The notes under the pieces are model-generated. The model searched no databases. It was not told the DNA's origin and saw only the letters and a list, made by a program, of their open reading frames with translations. Shown one piece after another: positions 13,166-27,159 of a stretch of 64,000 nt of DNA. Location: the NCBI RefSeq assembly GCF_009914755.1, contig NC_060930.1, one strand, 5' to 3'. Made by a program: the position numbers and the translations under genes. Origin of the DNA: the human T2T-CHM13v2.0 reference genome, Homo sapiens. Positions within the stretch are counted from its first letter, which is position 1, and each line of letters opens with the position of its first letter.

Positions 13166-15124
13166 AATAGACAAAGTTTATTAACACGTACGATGTTCCC
13201 CCATTGCTAAAGAGAATTTATATTTACTAAACTGCTTACTTTTCCCCAAACCTAAGAATTTTCTCTTTTCCAGTCTTGTGTTTGAGGTAGTGTGATTCAG
13301 AATTAGGAATATGGACTGGAATTTAGAAAAGAGGACTGAAGAAACAAAGGAATTTGAGAGGAGGACAAAGAAAAAGATCCAAAGCTAACTGGATGTGGTA
13401 GAGCTTCATGAAAGTTAGCAGGCAGGGAGTTGGAGTAAGGGTTTAGAGAAAGAGAAATTCTGGAGGATTAGAGAACGAGAGAGGCAGTGAGGGATTGTTT
13501 TAAGAGGTGTTGCTATGCATTAAAAAATTGACCTTTAAATTACTTCTACTTAACTTGAGTTTTTAAAGGGAGTTTATCTGCATTATGCACTATTCCCTTG
13601 AGGTCCTCTGCCTCATATTCAGAGCACATGTACACTTGTCCTTTTCTTGGACCAAACTGATTATTGATACAAATGACAGACAATAGTACTGTATTTAGTT
13701 ATAAATTATTGAAAGTCAGTACTAACTAATAAGATAGATATTTGAATGACTATCTCAACTGTAAAAAGTTATCAAGGAAACCAGAAAAATTAGAAAAATA
13801 CCTACAGATTTTAAAAACATATATAATTCCAAGAATATAATCTTTGCTGAATATGATAGATGGCCTTTAACTTTACCAGAGGGGATTTTCAAAGAGCAGA
13901 GGGTTACTATGCAGATGCCTTGCCAGTTAGAGAGAGCTCTCTGCATTTCTCCAGAGGGATCACAGAAGACCACCCATTCTCCAGAGACCTAATTTTATTC
14001 TGTTCTTAAAGTAGGCTTTTTAAATTGAGTTTAGATCCCAGGGCACTCTAAGCTCTCTCTAACTCCTGTGAAGACCAAATCCTAAACCTTATAACAGAGC
14101 CAGTTGGAACACATATGCATTCTGGGAAAATTAATAATTCATTTACTGAAACTCTTCTCTATTATACATGGCTCCAAAAGTTCCCTAATCTTAATTTTCT
14201 TAAGTTAAATTCAGGCATATTTGGTAGAATAGCATTCCAAGTAAAATGGAGGATGGTAGAACTAGATCCATTATAATGAGATATTATAACCTTAAGAATT
14301 ATCCCTAATAAAGGTTGATGGCATGCCTTTCTGTGTGGCATTAATGGTGGCATCACTGGCAGAAGACTTGCCATCACAGAAATTGTTGCTAACCTCATTG
14401 CCTCTTCTGTCCATCTGTTCTTTTGGCTCCTTCACCTTCCAATTCCCTGTTTGCATTTGGCTGTCTCTGATAGGGTTTCAATTTGCTGTACCTCACATTT
14501 TCTTTTGGGCAATCTTGCTAATACCCAAGCATCATGCATATATTGTTATTTATGTCCCTGGTGGTAGATGTATTGTCTCAAGATAATTGCTGATTTAAAA
14601 ATCATAAACAGCACACATTGAACATACACTCATGATCCTTTTTATTCATGCAAATTTAATAGCATCCCAATAGAAAACCTTACACTGAATGGAAACTATG
14701 ATACCTCTTTCTGCCTTCTTGTCTTTTGATTTTCATATCAAATGTATACTTTCATTTTCACACTTATATTTACTTTCACACACAACAAGAATAAACCAAC
14801 AACCTTAACAAGGTATTATAAATATGAAAAAAGTATCAAATGCAGGCAAAAATACTCTTTTAATCCATGTACCATATGACCCTAGCTACTGGGAATAACA
14901 GAATTCAGAGATGAAAAGGTCTTGAGGAATTGTCTGATCCAGCTATTTATTTAGTGATAGAATTCCCTCTACTTAGAACACTATTTCTGATGAATGACTA
15001 CCTGGTCTCTGCATGAATACTTTTAACGTATTACTCACTCCTAAGCAAGCTCATTCTACCTCTAAAGAGCACTGTTTGAAAAATCTTTGTTAACATAATC
15101 CTAAGTCATTTTGTTATAGTTTCT

Positions 15125-16195
15125 TTTTATTTTTATTTTATTTTTATTTATTTTTATTATTTATTATTTTTTATTTATTTATTTATTATTATTATACTTT
15201 AAGTTTTAGGGTACATGTGCACAATGTGCAGGCTAGTTACATATGCATACATGTGCCATGCTGGTGTGCTGCACCCACTAACTTGTCATCTAGCATTAGA
15301 TATATCTCCCAATGCTATCCCTCCCCCCTCCCCCCACCCCACAACAGTCCCCAGAGTGTGATGTTCCCCTTCCTGTGTCCATGTGATCTCATTGTTCAAT
15401 TCCCACCTATGAGTGAGAATATGTGGTGTTCGGTTTTTTGTTCTTGCGATAGTTTACTGAGAATGATGATTTCCAATTTCATCCATGTCCCTACAAAGGA
15501 CATGAACTCATCATTTTTTATGGCTGCATAGTATTCCATGGTGTATATGTGCCACATTTTCTTAATCCAGTCTATCATTGTTGGACATTTGGGTTGGTTC
15601 CAAGTCTTTGCTATTGTGAATAATGCCACAATAAACATACATGTGCATGTGTCTTTATAGCAGCATGATTTATAGTCCTTTGGGTATATACCCAGTAATG
15701 GGATGGCTGGGTCAAATGGTATTTCTAGTTCTAGATCCCTGAGGAATCGCCACACTGACTTCCACAATGGTTGAACTAGTTTACAGTCCCACCAACAGTG
15801 TAAAAGTGTTCCTATTTCTCCACATCCTCTCCAGCACCTGTTGTTTCCTGACTTTTTAATGATTGCCATTCTAACTGGTGTGAGATGGTATCTCATTGTG
15901 GTTTTGATTTGCATTTCTCTGATGGCCAGTGATGGTGAACATTTTTTCATGTGTCTTTTGGCTGCATAAATGTCTTCTTTTGAGAAGTGTCTGCTCATGT
16001 CCTTTGCCCACTTTTTGATGGGGTTGTTTGTTTTTTTCTTGTAAATTTGTTTGAGCTGATTGTAGATTCTGGATATTAGCCCTTTGTCAGATGAGTAGGT
16101 TGCGAAAATTTTCTCCCATTTTGTAGGTTGGCTGTTCACTCTGATGGTAGTTTCTTTTGCTGTGCAGAAGCTCTTTAGTTTAATTAGATCCCATT
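15125..16195 (-). mobile_element. Young 5'-truncated L1 (L1PA2/L1PA3-like) with 16-bp TSD
   Basis: Uninterrupted 247-aa ORF2 C-terminus ([18 protein letters not shown]...SLIGGN), G-rich 3'UTR and patterned A tail. TSD ttttgttatagtttct (15109-15124) versus ttttgttataatttct (16196-16211). Confidence 0.95.
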
Positions 16196-17152
16196 TTTTG
16201 TTATAATTTCTAACAGCTGTTTCTATAAATTCTTCCCATAGAGCTATTTTATAATTTGAATTTTTCTATCACATGACTACCCTTCAAATATTTGGGGACA
16301 GCTCACATTTATAGATAAAGCAAAGGAAATACCATAAAATGAAAATGGAAGGTTGTGTTATTGACAAGGGGGAAGGAAACAAAGGTATTAATTGATAGAA
16401 CCAAAAGTAAAGAAAGAAATGAGACTTGGCACAAGAATAAAGCAGACAGTCCACTGATTCACTGAAACCAAAGAATGTGTGAAAGTCCCTAAATTCACAG
16501 AATGACACTTGATCTTCATGAGGAAAAGCTGTGTAGAATTCTGAAAAACTAAGTGGGATGTGCAAGGGAAAGCAAAATTAATCAGGTGATCACCAACTAG
16601 AGTAGAGTGACCATAGAGAAGGTGAGCTGCTATTCTGGCCATGCAACGTGGAGTTCACTAACAAGAAGGGATATTCTGTGATTGTAATGGATCCCAGTAT
16701 GTACAGGCAATGACATCATCACTCAAAGAGATCATCAAGAAGTATTTCTTCTTTTTCTTAATGTGTGAAATGGGATGAAAAAGTGTTCTTACATGTAAAA
16801 CAAAGATAATACACCTGATTAAGACTATGTCATCCTATACCGATAATCACAGTTGTCAAACTGTGATTTGAGTCACGACCGAGATAGGCAGGCAGTAAGA
16901 CAGGCTATACAACTCTATAGTGGTATAGTGTGTGACTGTTTTCTCTATGACATCTCTTCTCAAGAACATCTTCTCGGTTTCTCTGAATTTGGCAGTCAGT
17001 AGCTTTACACAACTTGAGTTTTCTCAACCCCTAGTAAGTGGCTAAGGACTGGAGGTTACTGAAGACTTCTAATATAAAGAAAGTCAGAGATTTCTGGAAG
17101 AGATGAGATTACTTATGTTCAGCTGCACTTAGTAGTGGTTAGTTTATGTATT

Positions 17153-17635
17153 TGTGGTAGAGTGAATAATGGTCTCTTACAGATATCCTCATCCTAATCC
17201 CTGAAATCTGTACATGTTATCTAATGTAGCAAAGAGATATTTTTAGATATGATTAAGTTGAGAATCTTGAGATGGGGAGATTATTCTATATTATCCTGAG
17301 AGCCCTAAACGTAATCACAAGTGTCCTTATATGAGGGATGCAAGAGATCAAAGTTAGTAGTAGGAGATATGAGGACAGAAGCAAGAGACCCAATAGTGCG
17401 GTCATAAGATAAGGAATGCAGGCAGCATCTAGAAGTGGGAAGAAGCAAGAGAAGCAAGAGATGGATTCTTCCCTGGAGCATCCAGAAGAAACTGACTCTT
17501 TAGAAACCTTGATGTCAGCCTTGTAAAATTCATCTTGGATTTCTGACTTCCAGAATTGTAAGAGGATAAATGTGTGTTGTTTTAAGCCATTAAGTTTGTG
17601 GTAATTTATTACAGCAGAAATAAGAAACTAATACA
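17153..17635 (+). mobile_element. MaLR solo LTR (MLT1C/D-like)
   Basis: tgtggtagagtgaataatgg...cttgagatggggagattattc...taagtttgtggtaatttattacagcagaaataagaaactaataca, with TG...CA ends. Confidence 0.88.
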
Positions 17636-17696
17636 ATATTATGTATATTTTCTATTAATTTAACATCTTCCTATCAATCCAGTATAAAAACATTTT

Positions 17697-19887
17697 TCTT
17701 TTTTTTAAAATATACTTTAAGTTTTGGGATACATATGCAGGACATGCAGGTTTGTTACATAGATATACATGTGCCATGCTGGTTTGCTGCACCCATCAAC
17801 CCATCATCTAGGTCTTAAGCCCTGCATGCATTAGATATTTGTCCTAATGTTATCCCTCCCCTTGCCCCTCAGCCCCCTGACAGGCCCAGGTGTGTGTGAT
17901 GTTCCCCTCGCAGTGTCTGTGTATTCTCATTGTTCAACTCCCACTTATGAGTGAGAACATGTGGTGTTTGGTTTTCTGTTCCTGTGTTAGTTTGCTGAGA
18001 ATGATGGTTTCCAGCTTCATCCATGTCCTTGCAAAGGACATGAACTCATTCTTTTTTATGGCTGAATAGTATTCCATGGTGTATATGTGCCACATTTTCT
18101 TTATCCAGTCTATCATTGATGGGCATTTGGTTTAGTTTCAAGTCTTTGCTATTGTGAATAGTGCTGCAATAAACAAACATGTGCATGTGTCTTCATAGTA
18201 GAATGACTTACAATCCTTTGGGCATACACCCAGTAATGGGATTACTGGGTCATCTGGTATTTCTGGTTGTAGATCCTTGAGGAATCACCACACTGTCTTC
18301 AATAATGGTTGAACTAATTTACACTCCCACAAACAGTGTAAAAGCGTTCCTATTTCTCCACATCCTCTCCAGCATCTGTTGTTTCCTGACTTTTTGATGA
18401 TTGCCATTCTAACTGGTGTGAGATGGTATCTCATTGTGGCTTTGATTTGCGTTTCTCTAATAACTAGAGAGATGAACTAGTGATGATGAGCTTTTTTCAT
18501 GCTTGTTGGCCGCATAAATGCCTTCTTTTGAAAAGTGTCTCAAAAGTTCATGTTCTTTGCCCACTTTTTGATGGGGTTGTTAGTTTTCTTTTTCTTTTAA
18601 ATTTGTTTAAGTTCCTTATAGATTCTGGATATTAAACCTTTGTCAGATGGATAGATTGCAAAAAGTTTTCTCCCATTCTGTAGGTTGCCTGTTCACTCTG
18701 ATGATAGTTTCTTTTGCTGTGCAGAAGCTCTTTAGTTTAATTAGATCCGATTTGTCAATTTTGGCTTTTGTTGCAATTGCTTTTGGTGTCTTAGTCATGA
18801 AGTCCTTGCCCATGCCTATGTCCTGAATGGTTTTTCCTAGGTTTTCTTTTTGGGTTTTTATGGTTTTAGGTCTTACATTTACATCCTTAATCCATCTTGA
18901 GTTAATATTTGTATAAAGTGTAAAGAAGGGGTTCAGTTTCTGTTTTCTGCATATAGCTAGCCAGTTTTCCCAACACCATTTATTAAATAGGGAATCCTTT
19001 CCCCATTGCTTGTTTTTGTCAGGTTTGTGGAAGATCAGATGGTTGTAGATGTGTGGTTTTATTTCTGAGGCCTCTGTTCTGTTCCATTGGTCTATATATC
19101 TGTTTTGATACCAGTACCATGCTGTTTTGGTTACTGTAGCCTTGTGGTATAGTTTGAAGTCAGGTAGTGTGATGCCTCCACCTTTGCTCCTTTTGCTTAG
19201 GATTCTCTTGGCTATATGGGCTCTTTTTTGGTTCCATATAAATTTAAAGTCGTTTTTTTCTAATGCTATGAAGAAAGTCAATGGTAGCTTCATGGTGATA
19301 ACATTGCATCTATAAATTACTTGGGGCGGTATGGCTATTTTCACCGTATTGATTCTTTCTATCCAGCAGCATGGTATTTTTTTTTTCCATTTGTTTTTGT
19401 CCTCTCTAATTTCCTTGAGCAGTGGTTTGTAGTTCTCCTTGAAGAGGTCCTTCATGTCTCTTGTAAGTTGTATTCCTAGGTATTTTATTCTTTTTGTAGA
19501 AATTGTGAATGGGTGTTCACTCACAATCTGGCTCTCTGTTTGTCTATTATTGGTATATGGGAATGCTTGTGATTTTTGCACATTGATTTTGTATCTTGAG
19601 ACTTTGCTGATGTTGCTTATCAGCTTAAAAAGCTTTCAGGCTGAGACGATGAGGTTTTCTAAATATACGATGAGTTATATGCAAACAGAGACTATTTGAC
19701 TTTCTCTCTTCCTATTTGAATACCCTTATTTCTTTCTCTTGCCTGATTGCCCTGGGCAGAACTTCCAATACTATGTTGAATAGGAGTGGTGAGTTAGGGC
19801 ATCCTTGTCTTGTGCAGGTTTTCAAAGGGAATGCTTCCAGCTTTTGCTCATGCAGTATGATATTCGCTATGCATTTGTCATAAATAG
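17697..19887 (-). mobile_element. 5'-truncated L1 (L1PA8-like)
   Basis: ORF2 fragments 18643..19581 and 17934..18116. 3'UTR ctaggtcttaagccctgcatgcattag is L1PA8-type. Confidence 0.93.
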
Positions 19888-19989
19888 AAAAGCATTTATT
19901 TCTATACAGACATTCCCAGGGTGCTGTGAGAAGAAGGCATCTGGGGGAGTGAACACTAATCTATGCAATGCTACACAAAAATAAATTCT

Positions 19990-20580
19990 ATTGGTTAATG
20001 TCTATTAGTTGCAAGGATCAGAAAACAACTCAGATAACAGAAAATGAATTTACTGACAGGATATTAGGAATATCACATTAGGAATTAGAATTAGAAAAAT
20101 AAATAAGAACAAGGGAGCTAGGTATCAGCCAAGACCAGGCTAACAGCACTCTCCAGATGAAACCTGTGAAGACACTGCTGCCGCCGCCACTGCCACTCAC
20201 CACCATGGCTCACTTGGTAGTCCATCATGGTACCAGAAACCAAGCACCACCCTGCTCAGCTGACCCTGACATCTCTGGAAACCTAATGTTTTTGCTGGTG
20301 TTGCTATCCCGTGCCACTAGAATAGACTTTTTGTGGACCTTGTGTCTTTGAATCTTTAACTCCTGTTCATAGCCTCAATTGGGCAAATCTGATTGATCAA
20401 GGCTGGGTCACATGAGGCACACCTTAACTACTATATAAGGGAAGCTGGGAAAATGTGCATCTGGTGCATTAAGCTTCAGAGAGATTGCTCTATTTCTCAC
20501 TAGGACTAATAAGGTATGAATTTCCCCAATATAGGAAAGAATTTCAAATGATGAGTGGCTTTAAAATGCACAAATGTTAA
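19990..20580 (-). mobile_element. Ancient LTR (MaLR/ERVL or LTR78-like), degenerate
   Basis: tagttgcaaggatcagaaaacaactcag...gaatttactg...tctgattg...ggtcacatg...gggaagctgggaaaatg; similar layout to 25716-26250. Confidence 0.5.
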
Positions 20581-20769
20581 AAACCTAAATGTTAAGGAAA
20601 ATTGGTATAAAATGCACTGATACACAAGCAGGAAAATGAAAATAAGAATATGGTATAGCACATATAATACAGTAAACAAGATATTTTGAGATTTGGGAGA
20701 AAAGAGCTCAAAATTTAAAAAAAAAACCCCACAAATGAAAAACTATCCCTATTCAAAAGAAAGTATACA

Positions 20770-20990
20770 CTTAATATTCATCAAATGCTTGTTATATACC
20801 AAGCACCCTTCTAAGTATTTAACACATGTTAACTTTGTTAGTCTTTGTAGGAAAGCACTATTATTTTCATTTGTAGGTAAATAAATAAGACATCAGATGT
20901 TTAAAAAAACATGCCCAAGGTCACACATGTGAAAGTAGCAGACACAGAGTATAAATACAGGCAGTGTGATCCAGAGCTGTAATCACTAGA
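20770..20990 (-). mobile_element. MIR
   Basis: ttattttcatttgtagg...catgcccaaggtcacaca...caggcagtgtgatccagagc. Confidence 0.7.
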
Positions 20991-22440
20991 GTTTGCTGAT
21001 GGCTGAGAAAAAAAAACTGCGTCTTAAAAAAAACAAATAAACAATACTTTTGTGTCTTTTTAATTTAAAATCAGATGTGCTTAGTGTAGGAAGAGCTAGT
21101 AATACAAGAGTTTATTTGAGTAGAAAGTAACAGTGTTCTTTTTTCCCATAAATCTCACCCCACCCAGATGGACATTCACTGGTGTAGTGCACTTTCTTTT
21201 ATGGTCTCTAAGGTTAGGCTGGCACTGTGTTCAGGTTACTATGTGTCTATAAAATCTCATGAAACTGAAATCTGATAACCTCAGGAGACTGTCTCAATGA
21301 AGATTTAAAAAAAGAGAGAAACCTGATATTTCTGATGTGGTAAGGTTCTGTTAGGCTTTTGTTCTATCCATTTTCTTCCTGACCCCCATCTTTCATAGTT
21401 GGGTTTGGGAGAGACTTAATGAAAAATTTGAGCTCAGGTAATGAGCCAATAACAATGATACAGTGAAATTAACTTACACTTGCACAATTTCTTTTTTGTT
21501 ATTGTTTGGTTGGTTGATTAGTTTCAAGATGGCAGAGTGAATTTGGTGTCTCTGGCCTAATGAATTAAATTATAATAGAAGACTATACTATTTAAGAACA
21601 TTTGTCGTTTGTATTAGGGTGGGGTGTGTAAAGTCCCCACCATCATACAAAAACTTTCAGTCCAAAACTCTCTCAATCAGTAGCCTAAAAACTCTTCTAA
21701 TCAAATATTCCCACTCTTTCCATCAATGGTCCTTCTCCATTGATTTTTGTCATAAGCACTTCTGTTTGAGATTGTAATTTGCAGGTGTTAATCACTGAAT
21801 TACATCACAGGATAAAATGCCTTTTGATTTGGGGCAATTACATCTCAGGATGAAGTGGAAATTTGTAAGAAATGTGCATTTTACCCACTCCTCAAACTTC
21901 CAACTCTCTCAGCCAAATTTTTTCTCCCAGCTAATTGCTCCTGCTTTCTTACACATGTGTGCAAATATTGAAACTATCAGAAGAGAACTTCAGTAAACTG
22001 CCACACATTCTCACACATCTTCCCAACTATCAGCTTCTGCCTTCTTGTACAGTGTCGCCTGCCACATTACAATAGAACTCTGTGCTGCACCTGAGGCCCA
22101 CCCCGCATTCTGTGCTAGAGCCCACTCCTTCTCTCAGACTCAAGGTCACTGCTCCAGTGATTCTCCCTTCAGTGGAATGGCAGTGGAGAAAACACTGCCA
22201 TGTTGACTGCTGTCACTTTAATATATTTTTCCCTTGGAAAGTTATTTAATTATTTACTAAAGAGTTTTTTAATGGAACATTACACAGACTGACACAGCAG
22301 AATATCCACTCATCTTTCCCCAAATGTCTACCATAAGTCAGCTGCCTCGACCTTTGAGTTTCCTTCTTTCTTCCATATTTTCTATCAAAGCCCCAAATTG
22401 GGCTAGTTTTCGTATTTTTTTCAACTCCATTTCACTATTT

Positions 22441-22544
22441 CCACCCCCTGACCCGCCCCCGTCACTTGCCTTTGAAACTTTTTCTGATCTGTCTGTGTGT
22501 ATGTTGGGTTGTGGGGCTGGAGTGGGGAAGGGGATCCAGTGAGT
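22441..22544 (+). promoter_or_regulatory. Candidate promoter/first-exon patch: GC box, G-quadruplex motif, splice donor
   Basis: cccgcccc at 22452-22459 flanked by tgac/gtca; four G-runs at 22506-22533; CCA|gtgagt donor with gt at 22539. Motifs only, no CpG island. Confidence 0.3.
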
Positions 22545-22579
22545 TTTGAGCAGGGAGGAGAGATCCTTGATGTTTCTTT

Positions 22580-23395
22580 TTTTTTTTTTTTTAATAATAA
22601 CAACAGCTTGTTAATTGAAAAATACAGCATGCATCAACAAAACATGTAAAAGGTAAATGTTCAGTTAGAGAATAATTATAAAGCAAACATCATTTAACAA
22701 TCACACAGGTTAAAAAAAATTGAGTGTTAACAGTTCCCTCATGTGTCCCTTTCCAAACATAATTATTTTCCTCCTTGGTCTTAAATAATTACTATTTAGA
22801 ATTATTTTAAATCATTTCATTGAACATTTAAAAATGATCTAAGTATGCATTTGTAAAAAATATTGGCTAGGTTAATCTGTTTTTGCATTCTATTGATATA
22901 ACTCTAATGTATGTATAATATATGTACAATTTTGTGTCTTCCTTATTTTGTACAATGTTTTAAGATTCATCTATGATGCTGTATGTACATGTAGATTGGG
23001 CATGTTTGTTGCTGTATAGTTTTCCATTGTATAATTATACCATCACCATCAATTATGTAACTGTTTTACTGATGTTACAGTTGTTGCAAAAGCAACAAGA
23101 AACAAATACAATATTAGAGAATAAATTATAAAACAAATTTATAATTATTGGGCCTGCTGTTGATGATCCTGATACGATCATCCTTTGATATATCTTTGAT
23201 GTACATATGTTGAATACTTGCGGTTGAAATAGATGGGTCATAGGCTATGCATATATTTAACTCTAGCGGATACTACAAGTCTTAGCAATTTATACTTTCA
23301 CCAGCTGTGTTTGAGAGGTGCAGTCCTCCACATTTTTGCTATAACTTCACATTATCAGCTTTTATTTTTTAAATGTCAGCCATCCTTCTGGGTAG
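22580..23395 (-). mobile_element. Old L1 3' region (L1ME-like)
   Basis: T-rich end, then ttttaagattcatctatgatgctgtatgta...tagttttccattgtataattatacc and atttatactttcaccagc. Confidence 0.7.
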
Positions 23396-23439
23396 TACTG
23401 GCCTTTCACTGGTCCATAAACACCTCTGTCATAAAACCA

Positions 23440-24096
23440 GTATTAGTGTAGACATGTCCCCTGCTTGAGCTCTTTGTTTCTCACCTTCTGTTTCTGACAT
23501 TTACTTCAATCAGGCCTGTAGTCCTGCTACATTCCTCTAGTGGCTCCTTCTCACACTGTCATAGATGACTACTTCATTAGCCTCTTTTCTTATAGTGATA
23601 TACCTGTCCAACTTTTTCCTGACTCCATACTTTCGTATCTAACTGCCTAGTTGACATCCCACTCAGAGGCTCTAACACTTAAACTAACACTTAAAAGGTC
23701 CAAAATTAAATTCCTGGCCCCTGACCCCAAACCTGATCCATGTCCACAGCTTGGGTGATGGCAACTCCATCCTTACACTTCCTCATGATCCATACCTTCA
23801 ACTCAATGAAGATATACGTTTCAGTGTGATTGTTCTTTAACTCCCCATTTGAAATTGTGCCTCTCCATCTTAGTAGTATCTCTTTTTCATGTCTTGTTTT
23901 TACAGCATCACTAATTATCTAACATAATACAGACATATGTTTACCTTATTTGTTTTTAGTGACCCTCAGGTGGAAGGTAAGCTTCAAAAGAAGAGGTTTT
24001 GGATTGTTCTGATTTTTCTTGTATCCCTAGCACCTAGAAAAGTTCCAAATGTACAGAGATTGCTAGATAAATATTTGTCAAATGAAAGAATAAATA
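23440..24096 (+). mobile_element. L2 (3' region)
   Basis: ctaactgcctagttgacatccc...gtccaaaattaaattcctg...tgtatccctagcacctagaa...aaatatttgtcaaatgaaagaataaat. Confidence 0.75.
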
Positions 24097-24789
24097 TAAG
24101 GCCCTGTTCTTTTGGTCTATTACATGAATAAACATGCACACTGTCTCATTTACCATTAGGAACATTTGTAAAAAAGACTTGGAAATCTCAACTGATACCA
24201 AACTATAGGAATTGGCAGTGGGCCATAATTGCCTAAAAGCTATTCTTATCTTAGGTTACATTATACATTTAGAATCATGGACAAAGGAGGTAAGATAAAA
24301 CATGAATATTTTATTCAGTTCCCTTGAAAAGAAACACAGTCAAACTGGGAGTCAGTAACAAAGGAATTTGGTTGTGAAATAGTATAGGAAAATGGAATAC
24401 AAACATTTAAGAAATGTGACTCTGGGAAGACAAGACAGTTTTCTTCACATATGTGTAATGACTCCTGTTTTAAAGAAGTTGTAAGGTAGCTTTTGCAAGA
24501 CCCCAAAGGATGGAACTACTAATAGCTTCAGTAACCATGAAACATAGTTTTATCAAATATAAGTATGAGGTTTCATACTGTCATAATCTGACAGGTGGAA
24601 GGACCTTTCTCATGCTTTACCTCCAGCCATGCCTCCATAAGATGCTGTAGGATCTTCATCCACCCCCAGGAGCTCCCAGACTGCAAGCCCTTCTGTCACA
24701 ACAAAGTCTATAATCAAGCCCAGAAGCCAGGGTGCCAGCAGCCTTGAGCCTTTAGTCTCTCTTCTTCTCTCCTCTTTTCTTGAATTCAG

Positions 24790-24870
24790 ACACTTTCCAA
24801 GGATTTTGGAGATGCCTCTATTTTCCAGAGACCCAAGTTCAGTACATATGCCTGCACAGTATTTTACAGT
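24790..24870 (+). other. Candidate 81-nt internal exon
   Basis: Long polypyrimidine tract ctctcttcttctctcctcttttcttgaattcag| and donor agt|gtaagt. No stop codon in any frame. An alternative acceptor lies upstream (tttacctccag|24627). Confidence 0.4.
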
Positions 24871-25229
24871 GTAAGTGTGCACAACTTTAGACAGTTACCC
24901 TTCTGAATGGTCATCTGTTTAGACTTCAGTTGTATTCCATGAGAGCTAAGGGTTCTCATATATCAAAAGATGACAGAAGTGAAAATTAATTATCATGCAT
25001 ACTTATGGTCACCTAAATACACATCACTCTCAACCACTTTGTCGTTGGTCACTGCCTGAAATGAAAGTCCCTATGGTTCTGGATCACATGCCGTTTTTAT
25101 TCTCTCATCTGAATTCTCCTCTATATTTTCTTTCTCCAGACTCAACTTTAACTTTTCTTTCCTCTTCACACCTTTTTGTTATGCACTGTTAAACACAGTT
25201 CTGTTGTTAACAAATCCTTTACATCCTTG

Positions 25230-27150
25230 ATTTCTTTACCGACATTTCCTCAACCTCCTGTTCTTCTTGGAAAGCTAATTATCCCTGAGGACATCAAGAC
25301 CCTGCATCCCTCCCAGATTAAGGCTATAAAATCTTATTCCCAAATCTTAAGGTAATGGAATGTGTTTGGTGGGTTCTCTGCCCATGCCACCATGTCAGGA
25401 CCATTAATCACTCTCCTTCATGTAGCTCTTCTCTTTTGAGGCTCATGTAATCAGCTGTACTTCTTGTGTTGTTTGTAGATACTGTCATCATTCATTTATT
25501 TCATCCACTGCTCGGTCATTCCAGAGATATTCATCCACATCTCTGGATAAATATCTTGCATCCTGGCTGCCCCATTCCTTGGGAGCCTCATCTCTAATGA
25601 CATCTTCAACTTCTCAGTCACACATTTTCATGTCCATGTTCTGGACCGAATCATCACTCAGAACTGTTCCACTCTTGCACTCCAACTTTTAATCTTTCTG
25701 CCTACTTCACTTAATATTAGGCAGGATTCTTTGTTGCAAAAAATAAATCTGATTTGGATAGCTTAAGTAGAAAATCAATTAATTAAAGTATACTAGATAG
25801 CTTGAGGAAGTCAGAGAGCCATGTCTAACTGCCAGAAGCCAGGAATGGTGTTTGACTGACTCCCTTGGGGACTGCTCTAGTAAAAACATCCTTGCTGCCA
25901 CTACTTAGCACCACCATTGTTGGTGGTACCAGTGATGCCAAAGGTTTCACTGGTTGCTGAAAGCTCCCTGCTAATTCTCCTGAGGATCCAAGTGTCTTTG
26001 TTAATATGGTTGCTAGAAAGTGAATTCCTCTAGCCAGCATCCTTACTTTGCTCACTCTCTGTAGTGATGTTCTGAGAGGATGCATCTGATTGTTGTTCAC
26101 ATGCCTACACTCCAGTCAAAAAGGTTTCCAGGGAAATTTCTTGGTCCCTACTGTGGGTAGGCAGGATTCATAAGGCAGAAAATACGCAAATATTTCACAG
26201 ATAATCAACAGGTTTCTAAAACTCAGAACATATTACAAATAACCACCATAATAATTATTCCTTTCTTCCTTGGTTTTGCCTTACCAGGAATTTTAGCATA
26301 GATCCTTCTAATTCAATCTCATTTTATCTGTTTTCCATCTTCGTGTCCTCTCACAGGTAGCTTAGATTTCATGGTACACAGTTCCAGTCACTCCCTTACA
26401 TGTATACCAAGCTTCCTTGCTCTATTATTTTGTCACATGGATAGACCCCAGTGCTGAACAAATCCAACTATTTAACATTTTTTTTGTCTGTGTAGGAGTT
26501 GTGCAGTACTGTTGGAAACAATCACACAAGCCGATAATTGATGCTCTAAATGAATGGTTCTGAGGATCATACTCCCCCCGTCCTCAAGATTTGTCCAATA
26601 GTACTTGCTGTTTGCCTTGTCAGTTCTCTCTCTATGTGTGTCATTTCAAATGTTCTATAATCTTCTCAAAATTATCATTCTACTATTCCACTGATTTCCT
26701 TCATATTTGGGCACATTATCTTATCTCTACTTCAGAAAGAAAATGGGGCCATCAAACATAACATTTTTAAAATGTTGCCCACAAACCTATAAACCTAGTT
26801 ATATCAACAACAATACTCTCTTCTTTTGCACCTAATATCAAAAATAGAACTCTTTGGCGTGTGTTTCCTTCCCTGAGAGACGTCACTTTTAAAATTCTTT
26901 GCACTCTATCCTTTCTTTTGTTTCTATTGTCCCCTCTGTCAGCGTTTAAGCACACTCATATTGCTCCATATTAAATTAATTTAAAACATCAAAAGCCAAG
27001 CAACAAAGTAGCCGATGGTACAAAAGGAAACATTTATACAAACAACCCACCTACAATGCGCCAGCTACTATGTTATTACTTTCATCCTTTAAATAAAAAC
27101 TTCTTGATTTCTGCTTCAACTTTTCTGCTCAAACAACTCATGAGGTTATT
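25230..27150 (+). mobile_element. Highly decayed L2 body, interrupted by an LTR
   Basis: CT-rich L2-like motifs (ccatgttctggaccgaatcatcactcagaactg; ctctacttcagaaagaaaatggggccatcaaa). Confidence 0.45.
25716..26250 (-). mobile_element. Ancient LTR, similar to 19990-20580
   Basis: ttaggcaggattctttgttgcaa...gcttaagtagaaaa...gcatctgattg...cacatgcctacactccag...taaccacca. Confidence 0.5.
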
Positions 27151-27159
27151 CATAATCTA

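Noticed and set aside
13790-13993. Open frame of about 65 codons in unique sequence on the + strand
   Set aside because: No recognisable homology and no convincing flanking splice sites; the length is within chance expectation.
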